Assembly: GCA_040901985.1 (NCBI GenBank)
Contig: JBBDYC010000005.1
Coordinates: 1-56,412 of the forward strand
Direction: 5' to 3'
DNA length: 56,412 nucleotides
DNA from: Gemmatimonadaceae bacterium
GTDB taxonomy: Bacteria > Gemmatimonadota > Gemmatimonadetes > Gemmatimonadales > Gemmatimonadaceae
The notes below the pieces were generated by a model that was not told the origin of the DNA, did not search any database, and worked only from the letters and a program-made list of their open reading frames with translations. Position numbers and translations under genes: made by a program. Below, one piece after another: positions 38,749 through 48,597 of this stretch. Positions within the stretch are counted from its first letter, which is position 1, and every line of letters starts with the position of its first letter.

Positions 38749-41385
38749 ATGCTCATTGCGTCCGGGTTTGCGCTGAGCCTGGCCGTCCTCAATGCGTCGT
38801 ATCACCGGGCCTACCTGCGCGAGTGGGCGCGGATGTGGGCGGCGCTGGCGGTCTACGCCTTTGCCGCAGGGACGGCGCTCCTCGTCGTCAACGTGGCCGC
38901 CCTCCAGGGCATCCCCGGCCTTCGGCCCGGACTCTCACTGGCAGCGATCGCCGCGGCGTACCTGCACCTGCGATATCTCGGCGCGGGGATGCAACGGCTC
39001 TGCGTACCCGACACGCCGCCGCCGGCCTGGCGAGATCGGACGATCCTGGTGCTATCGCTCGTCGCCGCGGCGCTGATCTTGGTCCCGGTCGTGACGGATC
39101 CGACCGCGTCAATGACCCGCTACGTCGTCCGAATTACGTTGCTGGCTCTCGCCTGGGGCCTGGCCTACGGCGCGGCGGGCCTCCTGATCCTTCGCGAGGT
39201 CACGGCCACGTCGGCGCTCGGACGCTGGACGCTCGGCTGGGCGCTGCTGTTCTACGCCGCCGTGCGGACGCTGGAGCCCCTCGCGCATCTCCTCGGCCCC
39301 AGTCCCATCCTTGCGCAGTTCCTGACCTTCGGCGGCCTGCCGCTGATCGTCGCGATGGGAGCCGGGATGCTCATCTCCCTGCTCGAGGTGGAGCGCGCCC
39401 GCGCGGTCGAGGAGGCCACGGCGCGCGCCACGGCGGAGCGTGCGACCCACAAGTCGGAGGCGCTGTTGGCAACCGCGCTGGCGAGCACGTCCGACGCGGT
39501 CTTCGTGGTGGGCCTCGACGACCGGTTGATTGCCTTCAATGCGCGGTTCGCGTCGCTGGTGACCCAGGCGTATGGCCTGGCGGTGGCGCCGGGAATGACG
39601 ATGTCGTCGATCCTCGAGGGGCGCCACCTCGAGCTGTGGACCGATGCCTTCCGCCGCGGCGCCGCAGGCGAGTCGCACCTCCGGCACGAGGAGGTGCCAC
39701 TGCGGCCCGGCGAGGAGATGCGACGCTTCGCCGTCCGCGTCGTGCCGGTGGCACTGGAGGCGGGGTTGCTCGGGGTCCTGGTCGTGGTGCACGACGCCAC
39801 CGACGAGGACCGGGTGCGGGAGGCGGTGGCCAAGCGCGAGGAGTGGTTTGGATCCATGATCGAGAACTCGAGCGACATCATCTTCATGGTGTCGCCGGAT
39901 GGGACGATCGCGTACGCCAGTCCGTCGCTGCGCCGTGTGCTCGGTCACGCTCCGGAGGCGCTCATCGGCCTGAGCGGGTTCGCGTTCGTGCACCCGGACG
40001 ACGTGGCGTCGCTCCGCGACGCGATGGAGCGCTCGTTCGCCAAGGACGAATCGGCGCCGTTCGTGGTGCCCTTCCGCGCCAAGGGCGCCGATGGCGAATA
40101 CGTCGCGCTCGAAGCGGTCTCGCGACCCTTTGTCGAGGCCGACGGGACCCCCCGGCTGATCGTGTCGGCGCGCGACGTCCGCGAACGCCAACGGCTGGAG
40201 GCGGAACTGCTCAGTGCGCGCCGGCTGGAAACCGTCGGGCGGCTCGCCGGCGGCGTTGCGCACGACTTCAACAACCTGCTCACGGCGATCATCGGGAACC
40301 TCGCGCTGATGCGCGACGGCGTGGACGACCGCCGCGGACTCGAAGGCCACATTTCGGAGATCGAGCACGCCGTACAGCGCGGCGCCGAGTTGACGCGACG
40401 GCTGCTCGCCTTCGCCCGACGCCAGATGATCGAACCGCGGGTCCTGGACCTCGCGCTGCACCTGCGGGACCTCGAACGCCTGCTGACCCGATTGGTTGGC
40501 GACCGGCTGGCGCTCGAGATTGACGCGCCGCCCCCGGTCTGGCCCGTGCGGATGGACCCGACGGCGCTCGAGCAGGTGCTGGTGAATCTCGCCGTCAACG
40601 CGCGCGATGCGATGCCGCCCGGCGGTACGCTCACGATTCGCGCGCAGAACCTGACGGTCCTGCCGACAGGCGACGAGCCGCTGGGCATCCCTGCCGGCGA
40701 CTGGGTACGCGTAGACGTCACCGATACCGGCACCGGGATAGACGAATCCCTCATCGGACAGATCTTCGAACCGTTCTTCACCACCAAGGGGGAGACTGGG
40801 GGCACCGGACTGGGGCTCGCAACCGTGTACGGGACGGTCCGGCAGGCCGGGGGCCACGTGCGCGTCCGGTCGCAGCTCGGTGCCGGCACGACCTTTTCAC
40901 TCCTGATCCCGCGCGCGGCGGCACCGTCGCCAGCGCCGGTGGCGAAGGACGGAGCGGCGCGGCTGCCGCGTGCCAATGGCGACGAGACCATCCTCGTCAT
41001 CGAGGACGAGACGAGTGTGCGCGGCGTGACGGTGAAACTGCTGACGCGCCTCGGCTACACGGTCCTCTCGGCCGTGAATGGCCTCGACGGGGTGACGCGC
41101 GCGGCCGAGTTCGACGGACGCCTCGACCTGGTCCTCAGCGACCTCGTGATGCCGGGGCTCGGTGGGGTCGACGCCGTGGCCAGGATCCGCGAGACGCGGC
41201 CAGACGTCGCAGTGATCTTCATCTCCGGCTTCAGCGCCGAGGCGCTCCAGTGGCGCGGGGGGATGCCCAGCGGCGGGCGGCTCCTGTCCAAGCCGTTCTT
41301 GCTGGAGGACCTGGCCAGCACCGTCCGCCAAACGCTCGATGAGAGGCGGCTAGCCCGCGGCGGCGAGGATCTCGGCGAGTTGTAG
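38749..41385 (+). CDS. Hybrid sensor histidine kinase (about 7 TM, 2 PAS, HisKA, HATPase, REC)
   Basis: AHDFNNLL, NLAVNARDAM, DTGTG, FEPFFTTK, GTGLGL, receiver ED..SDLVMP..SKPF; start uncertain. Confidence 0.92.
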   Translation: MLIASGFALSLAVLNASYHRAYLREWARMWAALAVYAFAAGTALLVVNVAALQGIPGLRPGLSLAAIAAAYLHLRYLGAGMQRLCVPDTPPPAWRDRTILVLSLVAAALILVPVVTDPTASMTRYVVRITLLALAWGLAYGAAGLLILREVTATSALGRWTLGWALLFYAAVRTLEPLAHLLGPSPILAQFLTFGGLPLIVAMGAGMLISLLEVERARAVEEATARATAERATHKSEALLATALASTSDAVFVVGLDDRLIAFNARFASLVTQAYGLAVAPGMTMSSILEGRHLELWTDAFRRGAAGESHLRHEEVPLRPGEEMRRFAVRVVPVALEAGLLGVLVVVHDATDEDRVREAVAKREEWFGSMIENSSDIIFMVSPDGTIAYASPSLRRVLGHAPEALIGLSGFAFVHPDDVASLRDAMERSFAKDESAPFVVPFRAKGADGEYVALEAVSRPFVEADGTPRLIVSARDVRERQRLEAELLSARRLETVGRLAGGVAHDFNNLLTAIIGNLALMRDGVDDRRGLEGHISEIEHAVQRGAELTRRLLAFARRQMIEPRVLDLALHLRDLERLLTRLVGDRLALEIDAPPPVWPVRMDPTALEQVLVNLAVNARDAMPPGGTLTIRAQNLTVLPTGDEPLGIPAGDWVRVDVTDTGTGIDESLIGQIFEPFFTTKGETGGTGLGLATVYGTVRQAGGHVRVRSQLGAGTTFSLLIPRAAAPSPAPVAKDGAARLPRANGDETILVIEDETSVRGVTVKLLTRLGYTVLSAVNGLDGVTRAAEFDGRLDLVLSDLVMPGLGGVDAVARIRETRPDVAVIFISGFSAEALQWRGGMPSGGRLLSKPFLLEDLASTVRQTLDERRLARGGEDLGEL

Positions 41386-41898
41386 GAGGTGGCGTTCGTC
41401 GTGCCGGGCGACCATCAGCGTCCACTGCCAGCCATCGAATGGGCCAAAGAACATGTGGTCATGGCGCAGCAGTGAGAGGCGCGGCCCCGATTGCCGGATG
41501 ATGTCGAGGAGCTGTGCGCGGCCGTCGGCGAGCCGCCCGCGCTCGGCGACGAAATCCACCGTTGCCGGCGGGCGGAGGCCCTCGGCGGCAACGAGTTTGC
41601 GCGACCGGTCCGTGAAGCGGAACGTGTCGAGGAGCCCGAGCACCGTGTCCGAGCGGGGACCCGGCGGGACGGTCGCCATCGGCGGCAGCGCGGCGTCCAA
41701 CCGTTCGAGCAGCCGCGCCACGCCACGCTCAACCTTGGCGACGTGCCAGACGAGCTGGGCCGGCGTCCAGCCGTCGGGCTGCGCGGCCCGGTGGAGTGGC
41801 GCCGGCGGCACGGCGTCAATTGCCCACTCGAACTCGCGGCGGACACGCGCCAGTTCACCCTCCAGGATCCGGACGCGCGGGTCAATGTCGTCAGCCAT
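41350..41898 (-). CDS. DinB/YfiT-family protein
   Basis: WTPAQLVWH and ARHDERH (three-His metal site). Confidence 0.85.
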   Translation of the reverse strand: MADDIDPRVRILEGELARVRREFEWAIDAVPPAPLHRAAQPDGWTPAQLVWHVAKVERGVARLLERLDAALPPMATVPPGPRSDTVLGLLDTFRFTDRSRKLVAAEGLRPPATVDFVAERGRLADGRAQLLDIIRQSGPRLSLLRHDHMFFGPFDGWQWTLMVARHDERHLLQLAEILAAAG

Positions 41899-41965
41899 CG
41901 GTCAATCGTAGCCCGTGCGAAACCCCCGAACAAGCCACCGCGTAGTGGAGGCAACGGAGGTAGCG

Positions 41966-42253
41966 ATGCTCGGATTCCTGTCGTTGGTGATCACGCTCGG
42001 CGTGGCCTGGTTCGGCTACGGCACGGCGCGCCGGTTCGTCCGCGAACGGCTGCGCTATGTGGAGGGGGCGCTCACCCCGGGTGCGGCAATCGTCGCCGGG
42101 GTCACGGCCGCGTTGGTGCTGGCGCCGATCGCCTGGCTTGTTCCGCTGGTGACGGGCGGAACGGCGCTCGCCTTCGGCCTGGCCGTTGGGCTGGGCACGA
42201 AGGCGGGCGCGTCCGACGTCAAGCGCGGATACTTCATCTCCGACGGGGCCTGA
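41966..42253 (+). CDS. Small hypothetical membrane protein (about 3 TM)
   Basis: SD GGAGG before the ATG; hydrophobic helices. Confidence 0.75.
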   Translation: MLGFLSLVITLGVAWFGYGTARRFVRERLRYVEGALTPGAAIVAGVTAALVLAPIAWLVPLVTGGTALAFGLAVGLGTKAGASDVKRGYFISDGA

Positions 42254-42910
42254 CTACCGCCGGATGGTGAAGCCGGCGATGTGCACGTCGAGGTTGTGGT
42301 TCACGCGCAGGGCGACGATGCCATCCGTATTCGCGCCCATCCCCAGCTTCGGCACCTCGTGGACGAGTTGCCCGTTGGCATAGAGCCGCGAGTTGGTGGC
42401 CGTCACCTCGACGCGCAGCGTGTTCGTCGCCTTGCCGTCGGCCCCTTCCTTCACGATTGCCGGGTGCTCGGTCCACGGTTGGATGTCGTGGGTCGCCGCA
42501 CCGGCGCGGTGCTTCACCAGGAACTTCCCGTCCTTGCGAATGACGAAGTAGAGGTAGTCCTGCTCCGGGCCATCGAGGTTCCGGCCTCCCCACGCGATGC
42601 CATAGGCCTCGGCGTGCGTCGGCGCCTTCATCTGGGTGAAGGTCACCTCGGCCGTGTAGGCGCCGGTCGCGCTGTTGGCCGCGTTCCAGAAGATCGCCGC
42701 CGGCCCGCCGGTGACGTGCATCCCCGGGCCCATCGTGACGAAGCGCAGCGTGGAGCGATCGGCCGTCGGGCGATCGAGCCGGATCTCCCAGCCCGTTGGC
42801 ACCGGGTCGGCCCCCTGCGCCGACGGCTTGTCCGGATCATTGGCGGCCTGGGCGCCAAGGGCGCCCGCCGAGAAGAGAAGCGCCGCGAGGGCGTGGCGTG
42901 CGTCGGTCAT
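42254..42910 (-). CDS. Secreted beta-rich hypothetical protein (possibly LamG/DUF1080-like fold)
   Basis: SD GGAGG, signal peptide, alternating beta-strand pattern, LYANGQLV; fold is inference. Confidence 0.75.
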   Translation of the reverse strand: MTDARHALAALLFSAGALGAQAANDPDKPSAQGADPVPTGWEIRLDRPTADRSTLRFVTMGPGMHVTGGPAAIFWNAANSATGAYTAEVTFTQMKAPTHAEAYGIAWGGRNLDGPEQDYLYFVIRKDGKFLVKHRAGAATHDIQPWTEHPAIVKEGADGKATNTLRVEVTATNSRLYANGQLVHEVPKLGMGANTDGIVALRVNHNLDVHIAGFTIRR

Positions 42911-42957
42911 CGTGCCTCCGTGTGGGTGATGGTCAGTCGGTATAGTAGTCGTCGACC

Positions 42958-44016
42958 CTAGGGAAGGTCCACTCGTTGCGTGCGCGGAAATCCCAGGATG
43001 AAATCGGGACCAAATGCGCGCGACGGGGTCTGGAATCCGGCGGCGATCCCGTTGCCGAGCACGCGACGAGCCGCCTCGACCGCCGTCAGCGCGGTGAGCG
43101 TGTAGCCATCGGGCGCCTCCAGGCTGGCGCGCACGGCGCGCCCGTTCGCCGCGGTGGCCTCGCCCCACAGGTGGCTCCGCGCCCCCTCGCGCCTGGCGGC
43201 GCTGGGGCCGGCGGGCCGGGCATCGATGCGTCGCTTGAGGAATCGCTGCAGCGGGCCCGTGGCGAGGAGCGGCGTGATGGGCCGGAGCACGCGCAACCAA
43301 CGCACCGCGCGGCGCGACATCGCCGTGAAGACGGTGATGTTGGGGATCCCGGTGCTGTGCCAGGCCGTCGAGACATCGCCCCACGGGATGGTGACGCACT
43401 GCCGCACGCGGTCGCCAAAATCAATCGCCCGGCTGCGCCAGGCGCTTGGCACCCGCTCGATGCGCCCGCCGCGGCGCACCGCCCCGCCCTGCGCGATGTT
43501 CTCGACCATCGTCGTCGCCGTCCCGCGCGACGGGCCGGTCCCGCCAGTGAATGCCAGCGTCAGCGCCGTCGCCGACGGGAGGCGCCGGGCCAGATGCGCG
43601 GCGAGGCAATCGGACGGCACGACGTCGAATCCGACGCCCGGCAGGAGCACGATGCCCGCGTCGCGCGCCCGGGCGTCCGCGGCGGCGAGGCGCTCGAAGA
43701 CCGCGATCTCGCCGGTGATGTCGAGGTAGTGCACACGATTCCGCAGGCAGGCCTCGAGCATCGGCGGCATCGTCCGGCCGAACGGACCCGCGCAGTGGAG
43801 TACGACCCGCATTCCGGTCAGCGCCGCGTCGAGCGCGGTCGCATCGCCCAGCGCCGCCGGCCGCGCCTCGAGCCCGTGCGCGGCGGCGAGCGCGCCGACC
43901 GCGTGCGCGTTCCGACCCGAGAGGACCGGGCGCAGCCCCTTGGCGAGCGCCTCGTCGAGGATCAGGCGAGCGGTGTATCCCGTCGCCCCGTAGAGCAGGA
44001 GAGGAGTGGACGTCAC
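42958..44016 (-). CDS. Saccharopine dehydrogenase-like NAD(P)-dependent oxidoreductase
   Basis: YGATGYTA, HCAGPF, HYLDITGE, GFDVVPSD, GFQTPS. Confidence 0.88.
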   Translation of the reverse strand: MTSTPLLLYGATGYTARLILDEALAKGLRPVLSGRNAHAVGALAAAHGLEARPAALGDATALDAALTGMRVVLHCAGPFGRTMPPMLEACLRNRVHYLDITGEIAVFERLAAADARARDAGIVLLPGVGFDVVPSDCLAAHLARRLPSATALTLAFTGGTGPSRGTATTMVENIAQGGAVRRGGRIERVPSAWRSRAIDFGDRVRQCVTIPWGDVSTAWHSTGIPNITVFTAMSRRAVRWLRVLRPITPLLATGPLQRFLKRRIDARPAGPSAARREGARSHLWGEATAANGRAVRASLEAPDGYTLTALTAVEAARRVLGNGIAAGFQTPSRAFGPDFILGFPRTQRVDLP

Positions 44017-44029
44017 CCGCTCGGCCGCG

Positions 44030-45679
44030 TCAGGCGCGGACCAGTGGCGGAATCACGTAGGGGCCGAGATGCGGGCCGGGATTCTGCCACGCGGCGCGGA
44101 GCGCCATCGCCAGCGTGGCGCGCGTGTCCTCGGGGTAGACGATCGCATCTATGTAGCCGCGCGCACCCGCATAGAGCGCGTCGAGCTGATGCTCGTAGTC
44201 GTCGCGCATCTCCTCGATCGAGGCCTGCACCGCGGGACTGGGATCCTTGCCGGACCGCTTGGCCGCGTCGAGCGCCGTACCGTGCACGGCCGCGATCGCC
44301 GATTCCCCTTCCATCACCGCCATCCGCCCGGTCGGCCAGGAAAGGATGAAATCGGGATCGAAGCCCTGGCCGGCCATCGCGTAGTAGCCGGCGCCCGAGG
44401 CGTGGTTCACCGTCAGGACGAGCTTGGGGACCGTGGCGGTGGCCATCGCCTCGACCCAGCGCGCGCCGGCGCGAATGATTCCCTCCTGCTCGGCCTCCCG
44501 GCCCACCATGAAGCCCGACACATCCTGCACGAAGAGGAGCGGGATCCCCTGGCGGTCGCAGCGGTCAATGAAGAATGCCACCTTCTCGGCGCTCTCGGCG
44601 TAGATGATGCCGCCAAACCGGGGTTGCTCGCCGTCGCGCGCCTTGATCAACCCACGTGCGTTGGCGATCACGCCGACCGGGATCCCCTCGATGCGCGCGT
44701 CGCCACAGAGCATCTCCTTGGCGTGGTCGGCCTGGAACTCGTCGAGCGCGCCGTCGTCGAGGAGAGCGCGCAGCATTGCGTGCGCGTCGTACGACATCCG
44801 GTGGTCGCTGGGCAGGATGTCGTAGAGGGTGTCCGGATCGGCACCCGGCTTGGCCACCGGGTCGTGCGGGGCGACGCGCGGCGGCGGCGCGAGGCGCACG
44901 ACGAGGTCGCGGACCTTGGCCAGGCACTCGGCGTCGTTCTCCGACGCGTAGTGCGCCACGCCGCTGACCGTGGTGTGCATCGTCGCGCCGCCGAGTGTCT
45001 CGGCGTCAATCGTCTGGCCCGTTGCGCCCTTCACGAGATTCGGACCTCCCAATCCCATGAACGAACTGCCCTTCACCATCAGGATGACGTCACTGAGCGC
45101 CGGCAGGTAGGCACCGCCGGCGACGCACTGTCCCATCACCGCCGCGATCTGCGGGATCCGCAGGTAGCGACGCATCAGCGAGTTGTAGTAGAAGATGCGC
45201 GCCGCACCGTACTGCCCCGGGAAGACGCCCCCCTGGTAGGGGAGGTTCACGCCGGCCGAATCCACGAGGTAGATGATCGGGATCCGGCAGCGCATTGCGC
45301 ACTCCTGCGCGCGCAGGATCTTGGGAATCGTCTCCGGCCACCACGAGCCGGCCTTCACCGTGGCGTCGTTGGCCACGACGACGCACTCGCGCCCCTCGAC
45401 CTGCACGATGCCAGTGATCACGCCGGCCGCCGGCGCCTCGCCGCCGTACTGGTCGTGCGCCACCAACAGGCCGAGTTCGAGGAAGGCCGAGCCGGGGTCC
45501 TTCAGCGCGGCGACGCGCTCCCGAGCGGTGAGCTTGCCCTGTGCGTGCTGCTTGGCGATCCGGTCGGCGCCGCCTCCGAGTCGGAGGCGCTGCTCGAGGT
45601 CGCGCGCCGCCGTGGCGAGGTCGCGGAGCCGACTGGACGGGTGCCCTACCCGATCGGTGGCCGGACGCGCTGCGCTCAC
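44030..45679 (-). CDS. Acyl-CoA carboxylase carboxyltransferase subunit (methylcrotonyl-CoA carboxylase beta-like)
   Basis: [56 protein letters not shown]. Confidence 0.92.
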   Translation of the reverse strand: MSAARPATDRVGHPSSRLRDLATAARDLEQRLRLGGGADRIAKQHAQGKLTARERVAALKDPGSAFLELGLLVAHDQYGGEAPAAGVITGIVQVEGRECVVVANDATVKAGSWWPETIPKILRAQECAMRCRIPIIYLVDSAGVNLPYQGGVFPGQYGAARIFYYNSLMRRYLRIPQIAAVMGQCVAGGAYLPALSDVILMVKGSSFMGLGGPNLVKGATGQTIDAETLGGATMHTTVSGVAHYASENDAECLAKVRDLVVRLAPPPRVAPHDPVAKPGADPDTLYDILPSDHRMSYDAHAMLRALLDDGALDEFQADHAKEMLCGDARIEGIPVGVIANARGLIKARDGEQPRFGGIIYAESAEKVAFFIDRCDRQGIPLLFVQDVSGFMVGREAEQEGIIRAGARWVEAMATATVPKLVLTVNHASGAGYYAMAGQGFDPDFILSWPTGRMAVMEGESAIAAVHGTALDAAKRSGKDPSPAVQASIEEMRDDYEHQLDALYAGARGYIDAIVYPEDTRATLAMALRAAWQNPGPHLGPYVIPPLVRA

Positions 45680-46089
45680 GCTTCCTGCGACTGCCGCGTG
45701 GCGAACCATCCCTTGATGTACTCCACGAGGTCGCCGGTCGAGGTACCGGGCCCAAAGAGCTTGCCAATCCCCTGCGTCTCCAGCGCCGCCATGTCCTCGC
45801 GCGGGATGATGCCCCCGCCAGTGATGAGCACGTCGTCGCGCCCGCCGGCCACCAGCAACTCGCGGACGCGCGGAAAGAGCGTCATATGCGCGCCGGAGAG
45901 GATCGAGAGACCAACGACGTCCACGTCCTCCTGGATCGCGGCTGACGCAATCATCTCGGGGGTCTGGTGGAGGCCGGTGTAAATGACCTCCATTCCGGCG
46001 TCGCGCAACGCGGCGGCGACGACCTTGGCCCCGCGATCGTGACCGTCGAGGCCCGGCTTGGCGACGAGGATCCGGATGGGACGTGGCAT
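45676..46089 (-). CDS. Cobalamin-binding small subunit of acyl-CoA mutase (IcmB/MCM C-terminal type)
   Basis: [10 protein letters not shown] (DxHxxG), [19 protein letters not shown]. Confidence 0.95.
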   Translation of the reverse strand: MPRPIRILVAKPGLDGHDRGAKVVAAALRDAGMEVIYTGLHQTPEMIASAAIQEDVDVVGLSILSGAHMTLFPRVRELLVAGGRDDVLITGGGIIPREDMAALETQGIGKLFGPGTSTGDLVEYIKGWFATRQSQEA

Positions 46090-46135
46090 GGCGGAAAGCT
46101 AGTCGCGCGCCGGGCGGGACGACAGCCGACCCGCT

Positions 46136-47827
46136 TCACCACCGCAGCAGCGTCACCGGCCCGGTCCCCGAGCGCGCCCGCGCCACGTCGTGCGGTTCGC
46201 GCCAGAACGAGCCGGTGCGATCCGACGAGTGGAATCGCACGGCCACGCCGCGGGCCTGCGGTCCCGCGTTGATCGGCACGGCAACGTCCACGCGATAGAT
46301 CCGCTTCCCCGCCGCCGGGTACGCGCCCAGCAGCGATACCCCCAGCGAGGCGCGCACGGGACTCGTCGCGCCGTACGGCACGTCGCCCGCCCAGAGCTTC
46401 CCGGCGTCGGCAAACGCCGCCAACGCGATGCTCGCCCGTCGGCGCTGCCACCCCATCAGCCAGCGCTCCTCGAGCCGCGCAACGAGGCGCTGACCGCCGG
46501 CGTCGTGCGCTCCCGGCGCGCCGACCAGCCCACCGTCCGGATCCCGGAACGTGAGCTGGACCGGAAAGACCATCCGCTCCACCGCGGCGCCGGAGATGCT
46601 CAGCACCCGCGTCCGCCGCTCGGAGGGAAGACGGTGCCAGGACAATCGGGCGCCGCTGACGATCCCGTCCCATCCGCCCTCCCGCCCCCGACGACCCTCG
46701 GCGCGCAGGTTGAACGCCGCGAACGACCGGGCCTCGCCGACGCCGAGGTAGAGGTCACTGGCGACGAGCAGGTCGCGCGATCGGCCGCTGAGCCCGAGAC
46801 TCGGCCCGACCAGGGTGTTCACCTGGATCCCGAGGCCGACGTCCTCCTCGGCACGGAGCGACTCGAGGCGCCGCATCGTCCGGAACTGTAGCGCACGAAA
46901 TGCTGCCATCACCGCCAGGCGGCCCACTCCATAGTTGGGATATTCGTCCCCCAACTCGGTGTCCGTCGTCGCGGCGAGTCCGGTGTCCGTGACCACGACG
47001 ATCTGGTCGCCCGTCCGCACATCCGTGCCGAGCGCCATCAGCCCGGCCAGGCCCACGACGCGATTCCGGCGATAGAGCCCGACGCGCCGGATCCATCCGC
47101 CGTAGTACGCCACCCGCTGCGTGCGCACGGCAGCGTCCTCTTCGGTCGGTCGGACCAAGCGGGCATAGTCGGTCTCGTGCACGATGCTCGCGTAGAGCGC
47201 GTATGGCTGGCCGTCGGTGAGGAAGGGCTCGGCGTAGCTCACGCGGGCCAGGCCGCCGAGCGGCCGTTGGCGAAGCTCGACGTCGCCGAGTGCCGGGCGA
47301 CCGAAGAGGCCGCTCTGCCCGACGATGAGGGTGGCTCCCGGCCGATAATTCTCGAGCCGTTCACCGCCGGCGATAATCGTGGTACCCCGGCCGCGCCAGT
47401 TCTCGGTACCGATGTGGGCCGCGCGTATCCTGCCGCCGCCGAGGCGCGCGCCGCCGACCAACGCGAGTTCGTCCACGACGTCCACGCGAATCCTGACGCG
47501 TCCCGGGCCGTCGGGAATTACCGTCACGGCTGCCGACGCCACAAAGCGCTGCGCGCGCAGCAGTCGCTCCGACTCGGCACGCCGCTGCTCCGTGCAGGGT
47601 CCGCCGGGCTCGAGCCGCAGGTAGGCGCGGATGACGAACGCCGCCGTGCTGCGCCGCTCGAGCCCGACGGCGGTCGTCGTGGCGTCAGCCGCCCGCTCGG
47701 CGGCGGTCACCGCCGAGGGCGCGTAGGTGCGGATTTCGACCCGCGATACGGTCTCGCCGTCGCATCGCCCGCCTTGTTGGAGCACTGACGCCTCGTACGC
47801 CGGCGGTGGCGGCAGGTCCGCCATCAT
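46136..47827 (-). CDS. Omp85/BamA-TamA-like protein (POTRA-like domain + beta-barrel), hypothetical
   Basis: ESERLLRAQRFV POTRA-like helix, ENWRGRG barrel entry, AFADAG, SLGVSL, RVDVAVP, C-terminal W. Confidence 0.65.
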   Translation of the reverse strand: MMADLPPPPAYEASVLQQGGRCDGETVSRVEIRTYAPSAVTAAERAADATTTAVGLERRSTAAFVIRAYLRLEPGGPCTEQRRAESERLLRAQRFVASAAVTVIPDGPGRVRIRVDVVDELALVGGARLGGGRIRAAHIGTENWRGRGTTIIAGGERLENYRPGATLIVGQSGLFGRPALGDVELRQRPLGGLARVSYAEPFLTDGQPYALYASIVHETDYARLVRPTEEDAAVRTQRVAYYGGWIRRVGLYRRNRVVGLAGLMALGTDVRTGDQIVVVTDTGLAATTDTELGDEYPNYGVGRLAVMAAFRALQFRTMRRLESLRAEEDVGLGIQVNTLVGPSLGLSGRSRDLLVASDLYLGVGEARSFAAFNLRAEGRRGREGGWDGIVSGARLSWHRLPSERRTRVLSISGAAVERMVFPVQLTFRDPDGGLVGAPGAHDAGGQRLVARLEERWLMGWQRRRASIALAAFADAGKLWAGDVPYGATSPVRASLGVSLLGAYPAAGKRIYRVDVAVPINAGPQARGVAVRFHSSDRTGSFWREPHDVARARSGTGPVTLLRW

Positions 47828-48582
47828 TCAGACGCTCCCGGCTCCTTGCGCGCCACCAACAGCATCTCGCTCGATCGGCGGGTCAGTGGACGGTCGTGAA
47901 ACGAGTCCCACGCCTGCTCCACCACCAATCCGGCGTCCAGCATCAGCTCGGCCATCCGCGATGCCGTGTACAGGCGGATTCGATGCTCACGGGTCTCCGT
48001 CCGCCGCTTGCCCTGCCAGGTGGACCGGACGGTGAGGAACCCCGTCAGCGGGTCAAATTCCCGCTCCTGCGCGATGATCGTGCCGTCGGTCGTCGTCCAC
48101 CAGTCGCTCGGCAGGAACTTCGCCATCACGCCGTCGCGGCTTCCGCCTTGCCAGACCATCAGGCCTCCCGGCCGGAGTACGCGGGCGCATTCGCAGATGA
48201 CGCGCGCGTCGTCGCGCGCGTCGGTGAAGAAGCCGAAGCTGGTGAAGAGATTGACCACGGCGTCGAACCGCCCCGTCCAGCGCGCCGGCAGCCGGCGCAT
48301 GTCGCCGCGCCGGTAGCGCAGCGTCGCGCCGGCCCCGCGCCGCTCGGCAAGGGCGAGCAAGTCCTTCGACAGGTCGAGGCCGTCCACATCGAAGCCCGCC
48401 TCGGCGAGAAGATGCGCGTGTCGTCCCTGGCCGCAGGCGAGGTCGAGCACCCGCGCGCCCGCCGGCAGGCCCAGCAGTTCGATCAGACGCCCGACCTGTC
48501 GCCGGTCCTCGGCCAGGTCGAAGAGCGGCTCGTATTCCCGGACGTAGCCGGCGTCGAAGTACGTCTTCCACCAGGTGGACAT
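47824..48582 (-). CDS. Class I SAM-dependent methyltransferase
   Basis: VLDLACGQGRH, GLDLS, GDMR, FTSFGFF, LRPGG. Confidence 0.92.
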   Translation of the reverse strand: MSTWWKTYFDAGYVREYEPLFDLAEDRRQVGRLIELLGLPAGARVLDLACGQGRHAHLLAEAGFDVDGLDLSKDLLALAERRGAGATLRYRRGDMRRLPARWTGRFDAVVNLFTSFGFFTDARDDARVICECARVLRPGGLMVWQGGSRDGVMAKFLPSDWWTTTDGTIIAQEREFDPLTGFLTVRSTWQGKRRTETREHRIRLYTASRMAELMLDAGLVVEQAWDSFHDRPLTRRSSEMLLVARKEPGASE

Positions 48583-48597
48583 CGGGCTGGAATCCCA

